Assembly (NCBI GenBank): GCA_049296095.1 | Contig: JBAQRV010000001.1 | Span: forward strand, 360,001 to 392,000 | Length of the DNA stretch: 32,000 nt | Direction: 5' to 3' | Source: Candidatus Saccharimonadota bacterium | GTDB taxonomy: Bacteria; Patescibacteriota; Saccharimonadia; Saccharimonadales; Saccharimonadaceae | In this document: in pieces, positions 23,152 to 31,170 of the stretch | Layout of the letters: each line of letters opens with the position of its first letter | Position numbering within the stretch: position 1 is the first letter of the stretch | Notes under the pieces: model-generated | What the model was told of the DNA's origin: nothing | The model's input: the letters and a program-made list of their open reading frames with translations, nothing else | Databases searched by the model: none | Made by a program: the position numbers and the translations under genes

Positions 23152-24384
23152 CTAGGCTTTAAAGCGAGCAAATAATTTAGACACAAGTCCACCCGCGCTC
23201 TTTAAAGTAACGCTACTTTTTTTGTTCGGACCACCAGTTGCAATCCTCTCCGCATCTATTAACATGAGTCCAATAGCAGTTGCGAACGAAGGCTTCTCTA
23301 TATCATCAGCTACTCCACCATACCCTGCTGGTTTGCCGATTTTCGCAGCCAAGCCAAGGTACTGTTTCGCATAATCGACGACATTTTTTAACTGTGCGCC
23401 GCCACCCGTGAGGACCACCCCACTTGGTAATTTGCCGGCTCGGCCTGCCTTACGTAGTTGCATTTGGACGGCTTCGAAAATTTCTTCGAGGCGGGCTTCA
23501 ACGATTTCATCGATATCATTGGTTTGGAAGCTGTGAATCTCGCCACCATGCTTGATACTTATTCCAGCGTGGTCTTTTCGCGGCGTTGCCGAGGCGTGCT
23601 CCAACTTAATCTTTTCAGCAATCTCTGGGTCGGTTTTGAGACCAATTGCGAGGTCGTTGGTGATGTTTACCCCTCCGATTGGAATAACGCCAGTATATTG
23701 CAGATCACCTTCTTCATACACGGCCACACTTGTCGTTGCGCCACCCATTTCAATGACCGCCACGCCGTTTTCAATTTGCTGTTCACCAAGCACTGCTCGG
23801 GCAGCTGCCACGGCCGTCACAACAACAGCGTGTGGCATGACCTTAGCAGTCTCGGCAGCTTTTTGAACGTTCACGAGGTACGGAGTAAGCCCAGAGATAA
23901 CATGTGCGTCGATCTCAAGACGTGTCCCGATCATTCCGAGTGGATCTTTGATGTTATCTTGGCCGTCTAATTTGTAGGCGTGCGGGATAACATCCAAGAT
24001 CTCGCGGTTCGCGGGGACCTTGCCTAGGGTAGCAACCTCTTCGATGCGCGCCAGATCATCACGGGTAATCTCGTGGTCAGACGCACCTACTGCGACCATA
24101 CCATCGGCATGTGTACTCAAAATGTGCGCACCGTTGACGCTAATCGTCGCGGCATCGACTTGATAGCCGCTCATCCGCTCAGCTTCACCCAGTGCGTCGT
24201 CGATTGCTTGGGCTGGGCCGTTTAAGTTGACGACTACGCCCTTACGCATACCGCTATTCGGCGCGTGACCAACACCGACAATTGTCGGCACGCCAGTCGA
24301 CGCGTCAATATGAGCAACAACTGCTCTTACGGTGGTGGTGCCGATGTCTATGCCGACGGCGTAGGAAGAAGATCCCTCTTGCAT
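23152..24384 (-). CDS. ftsA: Cell division protein FtsA
   Basis: 410 aa of the actin/HSP70 fold (VGIDIGTTTVRAVVA; VIEMGGATTSVAVY; GVVLTGGGAQL), located immediately upstream of ftsZ. Confidence 0.93.
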   Translation of the reverse strand: MQEGSSSYAVGIDIGTTTVRAVVAHIDASTGVPTIVGVGHAPNSGMRKGVVVNLNGPAQAIDDALGEAERMSGYQVDAATISVNGAHILSTHADGMVAVGASDHEITRDDLARIEEVATLGKVPANREILDVIPHAYKLDGQDNIKDPLGMIGTRLEIDAHVISGLTPYLVNVQKAAETAKVMPHAVVVTAVAAARAVLGEQQIENGVAVIEMGGATTSVAVYEEGDLQYTGVIPIGGVNITNDLAIGLKTDPEIAEKIKLEHASATPRKDHAGISIKHGGEIHSFQTNDIDEIVEARLEEIFEAVQMQLRKAGRAGKLPSGVVLTGGGAQLKNVVDYAKQYLGLAAKIGKPAGYGGVADDIEKPSFATAIGLMLIDAERIATGGPNKKSSVTLKSAGGLVSKLFARFKA

Positions 24385-24391
24385 GTTCTTA

Positions 24392-24419
24392 AGTATAGCG
24401 CTTACGTCTTTGGTTGCAA
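24392..24419 (-). promoter_or_regulatory. Promoter of ftsA (TTGCAA-16 nt-TATACT), with the ATG 7 nt after the -10 (leaderless geometry)
   Basis: The minus strand reads agcTTTGCAAccaaagacgtaagcgcTATACTtaagaacATG, with no SD. Confidence 0.55.
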
Positions 24420-24432
24420 AGCTATTTTGGCT

Positions 24433-25185
24433 TTATAAGCGTGTTAAAATCTCGGCACCGTCCTCAGTAACGAGGACGGTGTGTTCAAAATGAGCAGCGA
24501 GGCTGCCATCACGGGTTGAAATCGTCCAATCATCGTCCTCGACGCGGATTTTTTCGCCGCCTAATGTTGCCATCGGCTCGATTGCGATCGTGTCACCAAC
24601 TGCGAGTAGTGGACCTGTTCCCTTTCGTCCATAATTCGGCACTTCGGGCGGTTCATGCATTTCATGACCAACACCATGACCGACGAGTTCACGAATAATA
24701 CTGAGTTTTGCATCAGATAATACTTTTTCAACAGCAGCACTAATATCTCCGATGCGAACTGGCCCTTTTATTGCATCGATCCCAGCATATAAGCTTCGTT
24801 CGGTTGCGTTCAATAGATGTTTCTGGACGCCATTTGGCTTGTTGCCAACAACCATCGTGAAGGCGCTGTCTGTTTTCATTCCTTTATAGGTGATAACGAG
24901 GTCAAATCCAACCAGATCGCCTTCCTGGAGAACATAGTCGGTTGGAATGCCATGAACGATCTGATCGTTCGTCGAGATACAAATAACGTTTGGAAAATTT
25001 ACCTCTGAGGTTTTATAGGTCGCAATTGCACCATGCTTGGTAATTTCTTTTTCAACCCAAGCATCGAGTTCTCGTTCACTGACGCCTGGTTTTACCTGTT
25101 TCTTTAAACCTTCGAAGATGGTTGCAAGGATTTTGCCACCTTCGCGCATGGCTTCAATTTCAGCTGGTGTCTTTTTGCGCTGCAT
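24433..25185 (-). CDS. map: Methionine aminopeptidase, type I
   Basis: 250 aa. Metal-ligand context DLVGFDLV..., GHGVGHEMHE, AIEPM, FEHTVLVT. Overlaps the adk stop in a TAATG junction. Confidence 0.93.
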   Translation of the reverse strand: MQRKKTPAEIEAMREGGKILATIFEGLKKQVKPGVSERELDAWVEKEITKHGAIATYKTSEVNFPNVICISTNDQIVHGIPTDYVLQEGDLVGFDLVITYKGMKTDSAFTMVVGNKPNGVQKHLLNATERSLYAGIDAIKGPVRIGDISAAVEKVLSDAKLSIIRELVGHGVGHEMHEPPEVPNYGRKGTGPLLAVGDTIAIEPMATLGGEKIRVEDDDWTISTRDGSLAAHFEHTVLVTEDGAEILTRL

Positions 25186-25733
25186 TATTCAGCAAGTCCT
25201 CTATCGGTCAGTTCGGCGACGATGCGGTCGTGCACCTGGCCCACTAGTCCCGTTCCATCAATATGCGCTACGGGGACATTCTGTTCACTAAGGAAGTTAA
25301 GAATCGGGTAAATCTCGCGGCGGTAAATACCAAGTCGCTCGTCGATTGCCTCGGGCGTATCGTCGGCTCGCCCACGAATCGCAAGGCGCTTTAACAATTC
25401 CTCACGAGGAACCTCAAGGACCACGGCAATATCAACATGACGATCATATTCACCCTGGTGATCCATCAGCCACTGCGCTTGGTGAAGCTCTCGTGGAAAG
25501 CCATCGAGAATCAGTTCTTTAATATCACGAGCACTCGCGATACCCTCGCCCATAACCTGCTCGGACTGCTCGACAGGAATCAGTTTTCCTTCACGCATCG
25601 CCGCGTGAATCGTTTCATCACGTGTATCACGCAGCAACTGCCCAATACTCAGCCAGCGCCAGCCCATCCGAGCCGCTAACATCTGCCCTTGCACACTTTT
25701 TCCAGCTCCGGCTGGTCCGAAAAATACAATCAT
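25185..25733 (-). CDS. adk: Adenylate kinase (short-lid type)
   Basis: P-loop FFGPAGAGKS, LILDGFPRELHQAQ, RGRADDTPEAIDERLGIYR. Confidence 0.8.
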   Translation of the reverse strand: MIVFFGPAGAGKSVQGQMLAARMGWRWLSIGQLLRDTRDETIHAAMREGKLIPVEQSEQVMGEGIASARDIKELILDGFPRELHQAQWLMDHQGEYDRHVDIAVVLEVPREELLKRLAIRGRADDTPEAIDERLGIYRREIYPILNFLSEQNVPVAHIDGTGLVGQVHDRIVAELTDRGLAE

Positions 25734-25739
25734 ACCTTT

Positions 25740-25745
25740 ATAATA
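25740..25745 (-). promoter_or_regulatory. Candidate -10 box (TATTAT) 6 nt upstream of the adk ATG (leaderless geometry)
   Basis: The minus strand reads gCTGTCAtaaatcctcggaagcgttTATTATaaaggtATG. The -35-like CTGTCA sits at an 18-nt spacing. Confidence 0.4.
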
Positions 25746-25760
25746 AACGCTTCCGAGGAT

Positions 25761-26213
25761 TTATGACAGCGCTTCTTTGACGAGGCGGGCAATCGTGCCA
25801 CCGTCGGCAGCATTGCCGAGCTTGCCCTTAACCGCACCGATCACCTGACCCATAGCTGCGGGGCCACTCACGCCCATGGCGGCAATCGTTTCGTCGATCG
25901 TTTTCTTAATATCATCTTCTGATACTTGTTCAGGCAAATACGCTTCTATTACTTTCGATTCGGCACGCTCGGCTTCAACCAGCTCAGGGCGTCCAGCGGC
26001 TTCGTATTGCGTCGCGCTATCTTGGCGTTTTTTGACTTCACGAACAATCAGTTTTTCGATCGTTTCATCGTCGAGGCCTTCGTCGCGCTTGCCTTGTTTT
26101 ACTTCCTCATCAAGGATTGCAGCCTTCAAGCCGCGCAGTACTTCGGCAACAAAACGATCGCCGCTCAAAAGAGCGGCTTTAAGATCGGCTTCGATAGTGC
26201 TTTTCAGCGCCAT
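25761..26213 (-). CDS. yqeY: GatB/YqeY domain-containing protein
   Basis: 150 aa. LKSTIEADLKAALLSGDRFVAEVLRGLKAAI...AMGQVIGAVKGKLGNAADGGTIARLVKEAL is typical of YqeY. It directly abuts the rpsU stop. Confidence 0.85.
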   Translation of the reverse strand: MALKSTIEADLKAALLSGDRFVAEVLRGLKAAILDEEVKQGKRDEGLDDETIEKLIVREVKKRQDSATQYEAAGRPELVEAERAESKVIEAYLPEQVSEDDIKKTIDETIAAMGVSGPAAMGQVIGAVKGKLGNAADGGTIARLVKEALS

Positions 26214-26429
26214 CTATTTGAGTCCTAGGCGAGCCTTATTTAACTTGTCAGCTTTTCGTTCTTTGCGAATAATCGCTTTGATACGTCGCTCTGGCTTGCT
26301 AATTGGCTTTGCAAATCGCATTGAAGCCTTCGCTTCAGCGAGTACGCCGCTTTGGAGGACTTTTCGGTTGAAACGACGAATAATATTCTCGTTCGCTTCG
26401 CGTTCGTCTTTACGTGTTACTTGTACCAT
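26214..26429 (-). CDS. rpsU: 30S ribosomal protein S21
   Basis: MVQVTRKDEREANENIIRRFNRKVLQSGVLAEAK...KPERRIKA is S21-like. The ATG at 26429 gives about 71 aa, a typical length. The TTG at 26468 in the ORF track lies inside the promoter -35 element. Confidence 0.85.
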   Translation of the reverse strand: MVQVTRKDEREANENIIRRFNRKVLQSGVLAEAKASMRFAKPISKPERRIKAIIRKERKADKLNKARLGLK

Positions 26430-26439
26430 ATGGGATATG

Positions 26440-26468
26440 ATTGTAACAGATGTAACTCGCCTTGACAA
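26440..26468 (-). promoter_or_regulatory. Sigma-70-type promoter of rpsU (TTGTCA-17 nt-TACAAT), with the ATG 10 nt after the -10
   Basis: The minus strand reads cacTTGTCAaggcgagttacatctgtTACAATcatatcccatATG, with no SD. Confidence 0.55.
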
Positions 26469-26509
26469 GTGTATAAGAGCTCACTCCTTTCGGAACGGCC
26501 TCTTACTTT

Positions 26510-28138
26510 TTAAGATGATGTCTCAAGGTGTTTCAAAAACCCTTCGACACTTCGCCGTCCCTGCCACTCATTCACATCAACCGTATACCAGACGGTCACT
26601 TTCTCACCAGGCTCGACAAAGAAATGATTAGGCGCACTAAAGGCTAGCATATCAATCGTCTCACCAGTTTGCGTTTGTAACGTTAGCTTCACATGCTGCG
26701 AGTTGTCGCCCATTTTACGCTGATTCATTACTAAAAGTTCAGACGATTTAAAAATTGGTTGCGGATTGCCGTTGCCAAATGGTTCGAGCTGTTCAAGTTC
26801 TGTGATTAAGGCTTCTGTAAGTTCGGTAACCTCAGCGTCCGCGTCAGCCTGCGGTAATAACAGTGCTGTTTGTTCGCGTAGTTTTTGCCCCTTAAAGAAT
26901 TGATTGACGCGTTCACGAAAGGCTGGAATATTCGCCGTTGGCAAGGTCACACCAGCCGCGAGTTTGTGACCACCACCCTTAGTGATTAGATCATCGGCTG
27001 CACGAATTGCGTCGGCGGCTGAAAAATCACCATAGCTTCGGGCTGAACCTTTCGCTTCCTCGCCCATTTCTTCAATCACGAAGGTTGGTTTTTTATATCT
27101 TTCTAATAATTTTGCTGCGACAATCCCCACGATACCGTGATTCCAGTTCTGGCCGCTCACCACAAGAACTGGATCATTTACATATTCCTCAGCTTGAATA
27201 ATCGCTTCTTTAAAAATCTTATCCTGTTCGGCGCGGCGGGCCTTATTCATCTCGTCAAGCTGGCGCGCGATCGTCAGCGCTGCCATGCCGTCGGTGGCTC
27301 GTAGTAGTTCGAGTGAGTATTCTGCCGTTTCAAGTCGGCCTGCGGCGTTCATACGAGGACCTAGGGCAAAGCCGAGGCTACGGGCATTGACCGTTCGCGG
27401 TTCAACACCCGCTACCGCCATCAACGCTTTCAAACCAGGCCGCCTGGTCTGCGACAAAACCTTTAATCCCCAGTAGACATTGGTGCGGTTTTCATCGACA
27501 AGCGTCACCACGTCACAAACCGTACCGAGTGCAACAAGATCCAGTAGCCATTTCTCTTGCCCGAGCTCGAGGCCGTCGAGTTTGGTTTGCAGAGCTTGGA
27601 CTAATTTGAAAGCAACGCCAACGCCGGCAAGGTCAATAAACGGATAGTTATGGTCTTTTCGTTTTGGATTGACCGTCGCAATGGCAGGTGGTGGGGTGTC
27701 GGAGACGTTATGGTGATCCGTGACGATAACATCGACACCTAGTTCGTTGGCTCGGGCGATTTCTTTATGGCTGAGGCTACCGCAGTCCACCGTGACGATT
27801 AGCTGCGCGCCGTCGGCAGCAATTCGCTCGATTGCATCAACCGTCAGGCCATAGCCTTCGACAAAACGATTCGGGATAAACGACTTCACGTTTTCAAATC
27901 CAAAGCTGCCAAACGCGTCGAGCAGTAGCGTCGTGGCGGTTAATCCATCAATATCGTAATCACCGTAAATCGTAATTTTTTCTTGCTTTTCACGAGCCGT
28001 CACCAGACGCGCAACTGCCTTATCCATATCTGGTAACAAGAGGGGATCGTGGCGGGCGGCGTAATCAGGTGACAAAAAAAGCGCCCGTGTTTCGGGCGTG
28101 ATTCCTCGTGCTGCTAATATGCGATCAAACAGGCTCAT
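26510..28138 (-). CDS. recJ: Single-stranded-DNA-specific exonuclease RecJ (DHH/DHHA1)
   Basis: 542 aa. DHH motifs IYGDYDIDGLTAT, VTVDCGS, VIVTDHH, plus a GGGH DHHA1 motif (GGGHKLAAG). Confidence 0.9.
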   Translation of the reverse strand: MSLFDRILAARGITPETRALFLSPDYAARHDPLLLPDMDKAVARLVTAREKQEKITIYGDYDIDGLTATTLLLDAFGSFGFENVKSFIPNRFVEGYGLTVDAIERIAADGAQLIVTVDCGSLSHKEIARANELGVDVIVTDHHNVSDTPPPAIATVNPKRKDHNYPFIDLAGVGVAFKLVQALQTKLDGLELGQEKWLLDLVALGTVCDVVTLVDENRTNVYWGLKVLSQTRRPGLKALMAVAGVEPRTVNARSLGFALGPRMNAAGRLETAEYSLELLRATDGMAALTIARQLDEMNKARRAEQDKIFKEAIIQAEEYVNDPVLVVSGQNWNHGIVGIVAAKLLERYKKPTFVIEEMGEEAKGSARSYGDFSAADAIRAADDLITKGGGHKLAAGVTLPTANIPAFRERVNQFFKGQKLREQTALLLPQADADAEVTELTEALITELEQLEPFGNGNPQPIFKSSELLVMNQRKMGDNSQHVKLTLQTQTGETIDMLAFSAPNHFFVEPGEKVTVWYTVDVNEWQGRRSVEGFLKHLETSS

Positions 28139-28440
28139 TACGCGACTTCTGAAGAGGTTCGCTTTGGCCGCGCAGCATGCTGCTGTGACTTAATGACAAT
28201 ACTTTGGAGCTCTTTAAAGATTGGGAATTGCTTGTTAGTGGCGTAGATCTTGGTGTTCCCCTGCTTCTCACTGGTCAAGAACCCAACCTTTTCCAAACGC
28301 TTGAGCTCGCGCTGAATATTGCCTGGATCCTCTTTGATAAGTTTTGCGAGACCACGAACGTGGGTTCGGAAATCCGGGTATTTGGCATAGACAACAACGA
28401 TTTTACGCCGCACCCGAGATGTAATAAAAACGTCTAACAT
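28138..28440 (-). CDS. Small winged-helix DNA-binding protein (ArsR/MarR-like fold), coupled to recJ
   Basis: 100 aa. THVRGLAKLIKEDPGNIQRELKRLEKVGFLTSEKQGNTKIY has an HTH-plus-wing pattern. AAGGGGAG SD. The stop overlaps the recJ start in a TAATG junction. Confidence 0.65.
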   Translation of the reverse strand: MLDVFITSRVRRKIVVVYAKYPDFRTHVRGLAKLIKEDPGNIQRELKRLEKVGFLTSEKQGNTKIYATNKQFPIFKELQSIVIKSQQHAARPKRTSSEVA

Positions 28441-28509
28441 GTCTCCCCTTAATTAACTGCACGCCTCATGCTTGTTGATGTTTATTCTACACTTTTTTCT
28501 AAGCCTGGG

Positions 28510-29166
28510 TCAATGCCAATTCAGGACTATTTTATTAATTTTTGCAACGGTTTCCTCATGAGACGGAATGGTATTCTGGTTGTAATAATGGTCTGTACCG
28601 AGGTAGTTTTCCTTTACATCGAGGATGTGAAGTTCGTCAGCGATCATGTGCAATTTATCGACGGCCGCAATTGACGCAACAGGCGTCGCGATAACCAGTT
28701 TGGTGATTCGGATTGGTTTGAGAAAATCGATGGCCGCATCAAGTGCCGCCCCACTGTCTAGCCCATCAGCCACCAAAATTACCGTGTGATCACGAAGCAT
28801 ATCGTTATCGATCAACCCACCGTCACCGAGCAAACGGTTAATGCGCTGGAAGGCTTCACGCTTTTGTTCTTCGAGATACCCATGATATTCACTGGTATAT
28901 TCATCGATTTCTCCACTCGAGAATGCGCCATTAAAGGTAAAGTTGCCATTTTGCGAAACGCCGCCAAAGCTCATACTTTCACCAGGAACATCGATGTTTT
29001 CGATTAAAAGCATCGTCAGAATCGAGTGCAGCGCCGCCGCGATTTGCTCACCTACAAGTACCGCCCCATCGCTGAGCGCCACGACCGCACAGTTCTCGTA
29101 GCGGTACCGCTCGAAAAGGGCTGCAGCGAGCTTTTGTCCTGCTTCGGCGCGACTCTCAAAATACAT
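28510..29166 (-). CDS. Phosphoribosyltransferase-like protein (COG1926 type)
   Basis: 218 aa. N-terminal FESRAEAGQKLAAAL...AVVALSDGAVLVGEQIA and a PRPP-loop-like HTVILVADGLDSGAAL. Confidence 0.7.
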   Translation of the reverse strand: MYFESRAEAGQKLAAALFERYRYENCAVVALSDGAVLVGEQIAAALHSILTMLLIENIDVPGESMSFGGVSQNGNFTFNGAFSSGEIDEYTSEYHGYLEEQKREAFQRINRLLGDGGLIDNDMLRDHTVILVADGLDSGAALDAAIDFLKPIRITKLVIATPVASIAAVDKLHMIADELHILDVKENYLGTDHYYNQNTIPSHEETVAKINKIVLNWH

Positions 29167-29172
29167 ATGCTT

Positions 29173-29178
29173 ATTTTA
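29173..29178 (-). promoter_or_regulatory. Candidate -10 box (TAAAAT) 6 nt upstream of the PRTase ATG (leaderless geometry)
   Basis: The minus strand reads gcTAAAATaagcatATG. Confidence 0.35.
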
Positions 29179-29193
29179 GCACGCCTCCAGCGC

Positions 29194-29199
29194 TATACT
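29194..29199 (+). promoter_or_regulatory. Candidate -10 box (TATACT) 7 nt upstream of the priA ATG (leaderless geometry)
   Basis: cgcTATACTagagagtATG, with no SD. Confidence 0.45.
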
Positions 29200-29206
29200 A
29201 GAGAGT

Positions 29207-31147
29207 ATGCATTACTACGAGGTGGCCCCAACGCGCATCATTCGAGCGGGAAGTTCTACTTTTACGTATAGCTCAGAGGATCCTCTAAAAGTCGGGCAAC
29301 TCGTCAGTATTGAAGTTGGCAAAAAAGCCTTGCCAGGCCTTATTATGAGCGAAGTTGCAAAGCCTGAGTACGCTACGAAGGCTATTCTGAGCGTCATCGA
29401 ACCCATGCCGCTTCCGACGCCATTAGTCCAGTTAGCAAGCTGGTTGTCCGACTACTATCACACTCCCCTTGCGACCGTTCTACAAACCATTCTCCCCCGT
29501 GGACTCGAGAAAAAACGTCGCGCTCGACCGACCTCTCACCAGAGTTCCGTGCGAGATCGAACAAAAATTGTGTTCAATAAAGATCAGGCTGCGGCCATCG
29601 AAAAGATCGCCAAAACAGACGAAGGTACGCTCATTCTCCAGGGCATCACTGGATCGGGCAAAACCGAGGTCTATAAAGAGATTGCGCGTCGCACTGTCGC
29701 CGCTGGCAAATCAGTTATTATGCTCGTCCCCGAGATTTCCCTCACTAGTCAGATAATTAGCGAGTTTGCGACTGACTTTCCAGATATGATTGTCACACAC
29801 TCGCACATGGGCGAGGCTGAACGGCACCTTGCCTGGCAAGAATCTCTCAATTCAACCACTCCTCGCCTGGTTATCGGCCCTCGTTCCGCCTTATTTATGC
29901 CCGTCAAGAATATTGGCGCCATCATGATCGATGAGTCGCACGAGCCAAGCTACAAACAAGAGCAAGCGCCGCGTTATTCAGCCCTCCGTGCGGCCAGCGT
30001 CCTTGGAAAACTGTCCAAAGCGAAGGTTATTTTCGGCAGCGCGACGCCGTCGGTTGGTGATCGTTACCTGGCAGAAGTCACCAAGAGCCCAATCATTCGT
30101 CTCGATAACTCGGCGCGTACCAAAGCCCAGAAAGCCGTTATCACCCTCGTCGATATGACCAAACGCGACAATTTCAAACATCACCGTTTCGTGTCTGATA
30201 CCCTCATCCAGCACATCGAAAAAAACTTGGCGGCTGAAAAACAAACCCTGATCTTCCATAACCGCCGCGGTAGCGCCAGCACGACACTCTGCGAGAATTG
30301 TGGCTGGGCAGCGATGTGCCCGAACTGTTTCGTGCCGCTAATCTTACACGCCGATACCTATAATCTATCCTGTCACATCTGTGGCTACCACGAAAAAGTC
30401 CCAACCAATTGCCCCGTCTGCCAGTCTACCGATATCATCCACAAGGGTATCGGCACAAAATTAATCGAGTCTGAACTGCGTAAGCTCTTCCCGAAAGCCC
30501 GAATTGCACGATTTGATTCGGATAATAAGACCGACGAAACGGTCAATAGCCTGTACGAGGACTTATACAAAGGCGTCATCGACATTGCGATCGGTACTCA
30601 GGTTGTCGCCAAAGGCTTGGATCTTCCAAAACTCCGAACTGTCGGTGTCATCCAGGCTGACAGTGGCCTGTCACTTCCCGATTACGCCGCTAGCGAGCGT
30701 AATTTCCAGCTGCTCGCGCAAGTTGTGGGACGCGTTGGTCGTGATGAACATGCCAGCGAGGCAATTATTCAGACCTATCAACCAACACACCCAGTTGTGG
30801 GCTATGGCTTAGCCCAGGATTATGAATCTTTTTACGCGTATATCTTAAAGGAACGTGAAAAGGCCTATTTTCCCCCATTCACCTACCTCTTAAAACTCAC
30901 CACCATCTATAAAACCGAAGCGGCGGCGATTCGCTCTGCTAAAACCTTGGCGCAATCATTAAGAAAAGACATCCATCCCGACGTCCATTTGCTGGGTCCG
31001 ACACCTGCATTCTATGAACGCGGACGCGATAGCTACCGCTGGCAGTTGATCCTCAAGAGCCCAAAACGTGAATATCTCGTCGATGCACTGCAATTCGTAC
31101 CACCGACTCATTGGCAATCCGAGCTCGATCCCCCTAGCCTCCTCTAG
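29207..31147 (+). CDS. priA: Primosomal replication-restart helicase PriA
   Basis: 646 aa. Walker A GITGSGKTEVY, DESHE box, Cys-rich zinc insertion (CENCGWAAMCPNC...CHICGY...CPVCQS), C-terminal RWQLILK. Confidence 0.93.
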   Translation: MHYYEVAPTRIIRAGSSTFTYSSEDPLKVGQLVSIEVGKKALPGLIMSEVAKPEYATKAILSVIEPMPLPTPLVQLASWLSDYYHTPLATVLQTILPRGLEKKRRARPTSHQSSVRDRTKIVFNKDQAAAIEKIAKTDEGTLILQGITGSGKTEVYKEIARRTVAAGKSVIMLVPEISLTSQIISEFATDFPDMIVTHSHMGEAERHLAWQESLNSTTPRLVIGPRSALFMPVKNIGAIMIDESHEPSYKQEQAPRYSALRAASVLGKLSKAKVIFGSATPSVGDRYLAEVTKSPIIRLDNSARTKAQKAVITLVDMTKRDNFKHHRFVSDTLIQHIEKNLAAEKQTLIFHNRRGSASTTLCENCGWAAMCPNCFVPLILHADTYNLSCHICGYHEKVPTNCPVCQSTDIIHKGIGTKLIESELRKLFPKARIARFDSDNKTDETVNSLYEDLYKGVIDIAIGTQVVAKGLDLPKLRTVGVIQADSGLSLPDYAASERNFQLLAQVVGRVGRDEHASEAIIQTYQPTHPVVGYGLAQDYESFYAYILKEREKAYFPPFTYLLKLTTIYKTEAAAIRSAKTLAQSLRKDIHPDVHLLGPTPAFYERGRDSYRWQLILKSPKREYLVDALQFVPPTHWQSELDPPSLL

Positions 31148-31154
31148 CGACCCC

Positions 31155-31163
31155 TGGTATAAT
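31155..31163 (+). promoter_or_regulatory. Extended -10 promoter (TGgTATAAT) 7 nt upstream of the def ATG at 31171 (leaderless geometry)
   Basis: ccccTGgTATAATgacgggaATG. The earlier ATG at 31162 lies inside the -10 hexamer. Confidence 0.5.
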
Positions 31164-31170
31164 GACGGGA

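Noticed and set aside
26430-26468. N-terminal extensions proposed by the ORF track: rpsU TTG 26468, rpsB GTG 3091, tsf GTG 2349, GNAT TTG 19166, surface protein TTG 14210, rpmE 3142 and def 31162.
   Set aside because: The extensions run into promoter elements, the T-box helix or upstream genes. The internal ATGs give family-typical N-termini and have proper SD or leaderless promoter geometry.
25876-26631. A 251-aa plus-strand ORF spanning the yqeY, rpsU and recJ 3' regions.
   Set aside because: It is a Ser/Arg-rich shadow ORF antisense to three independently supported genes. It crosses two intergenic junctions, which no real gene would be expected to do.
28138-29166. The PRTase plus wHTH pair as a retron-type or other anti-phage effector module.
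   Set aside because: No reverse transcriptase, msr/msd-like repeat structure or other defence gene is nearby. The PRTase-like protein looks like the widespread COG1926 type, and the wHTH gene is coupled to the housekeeping recJ.
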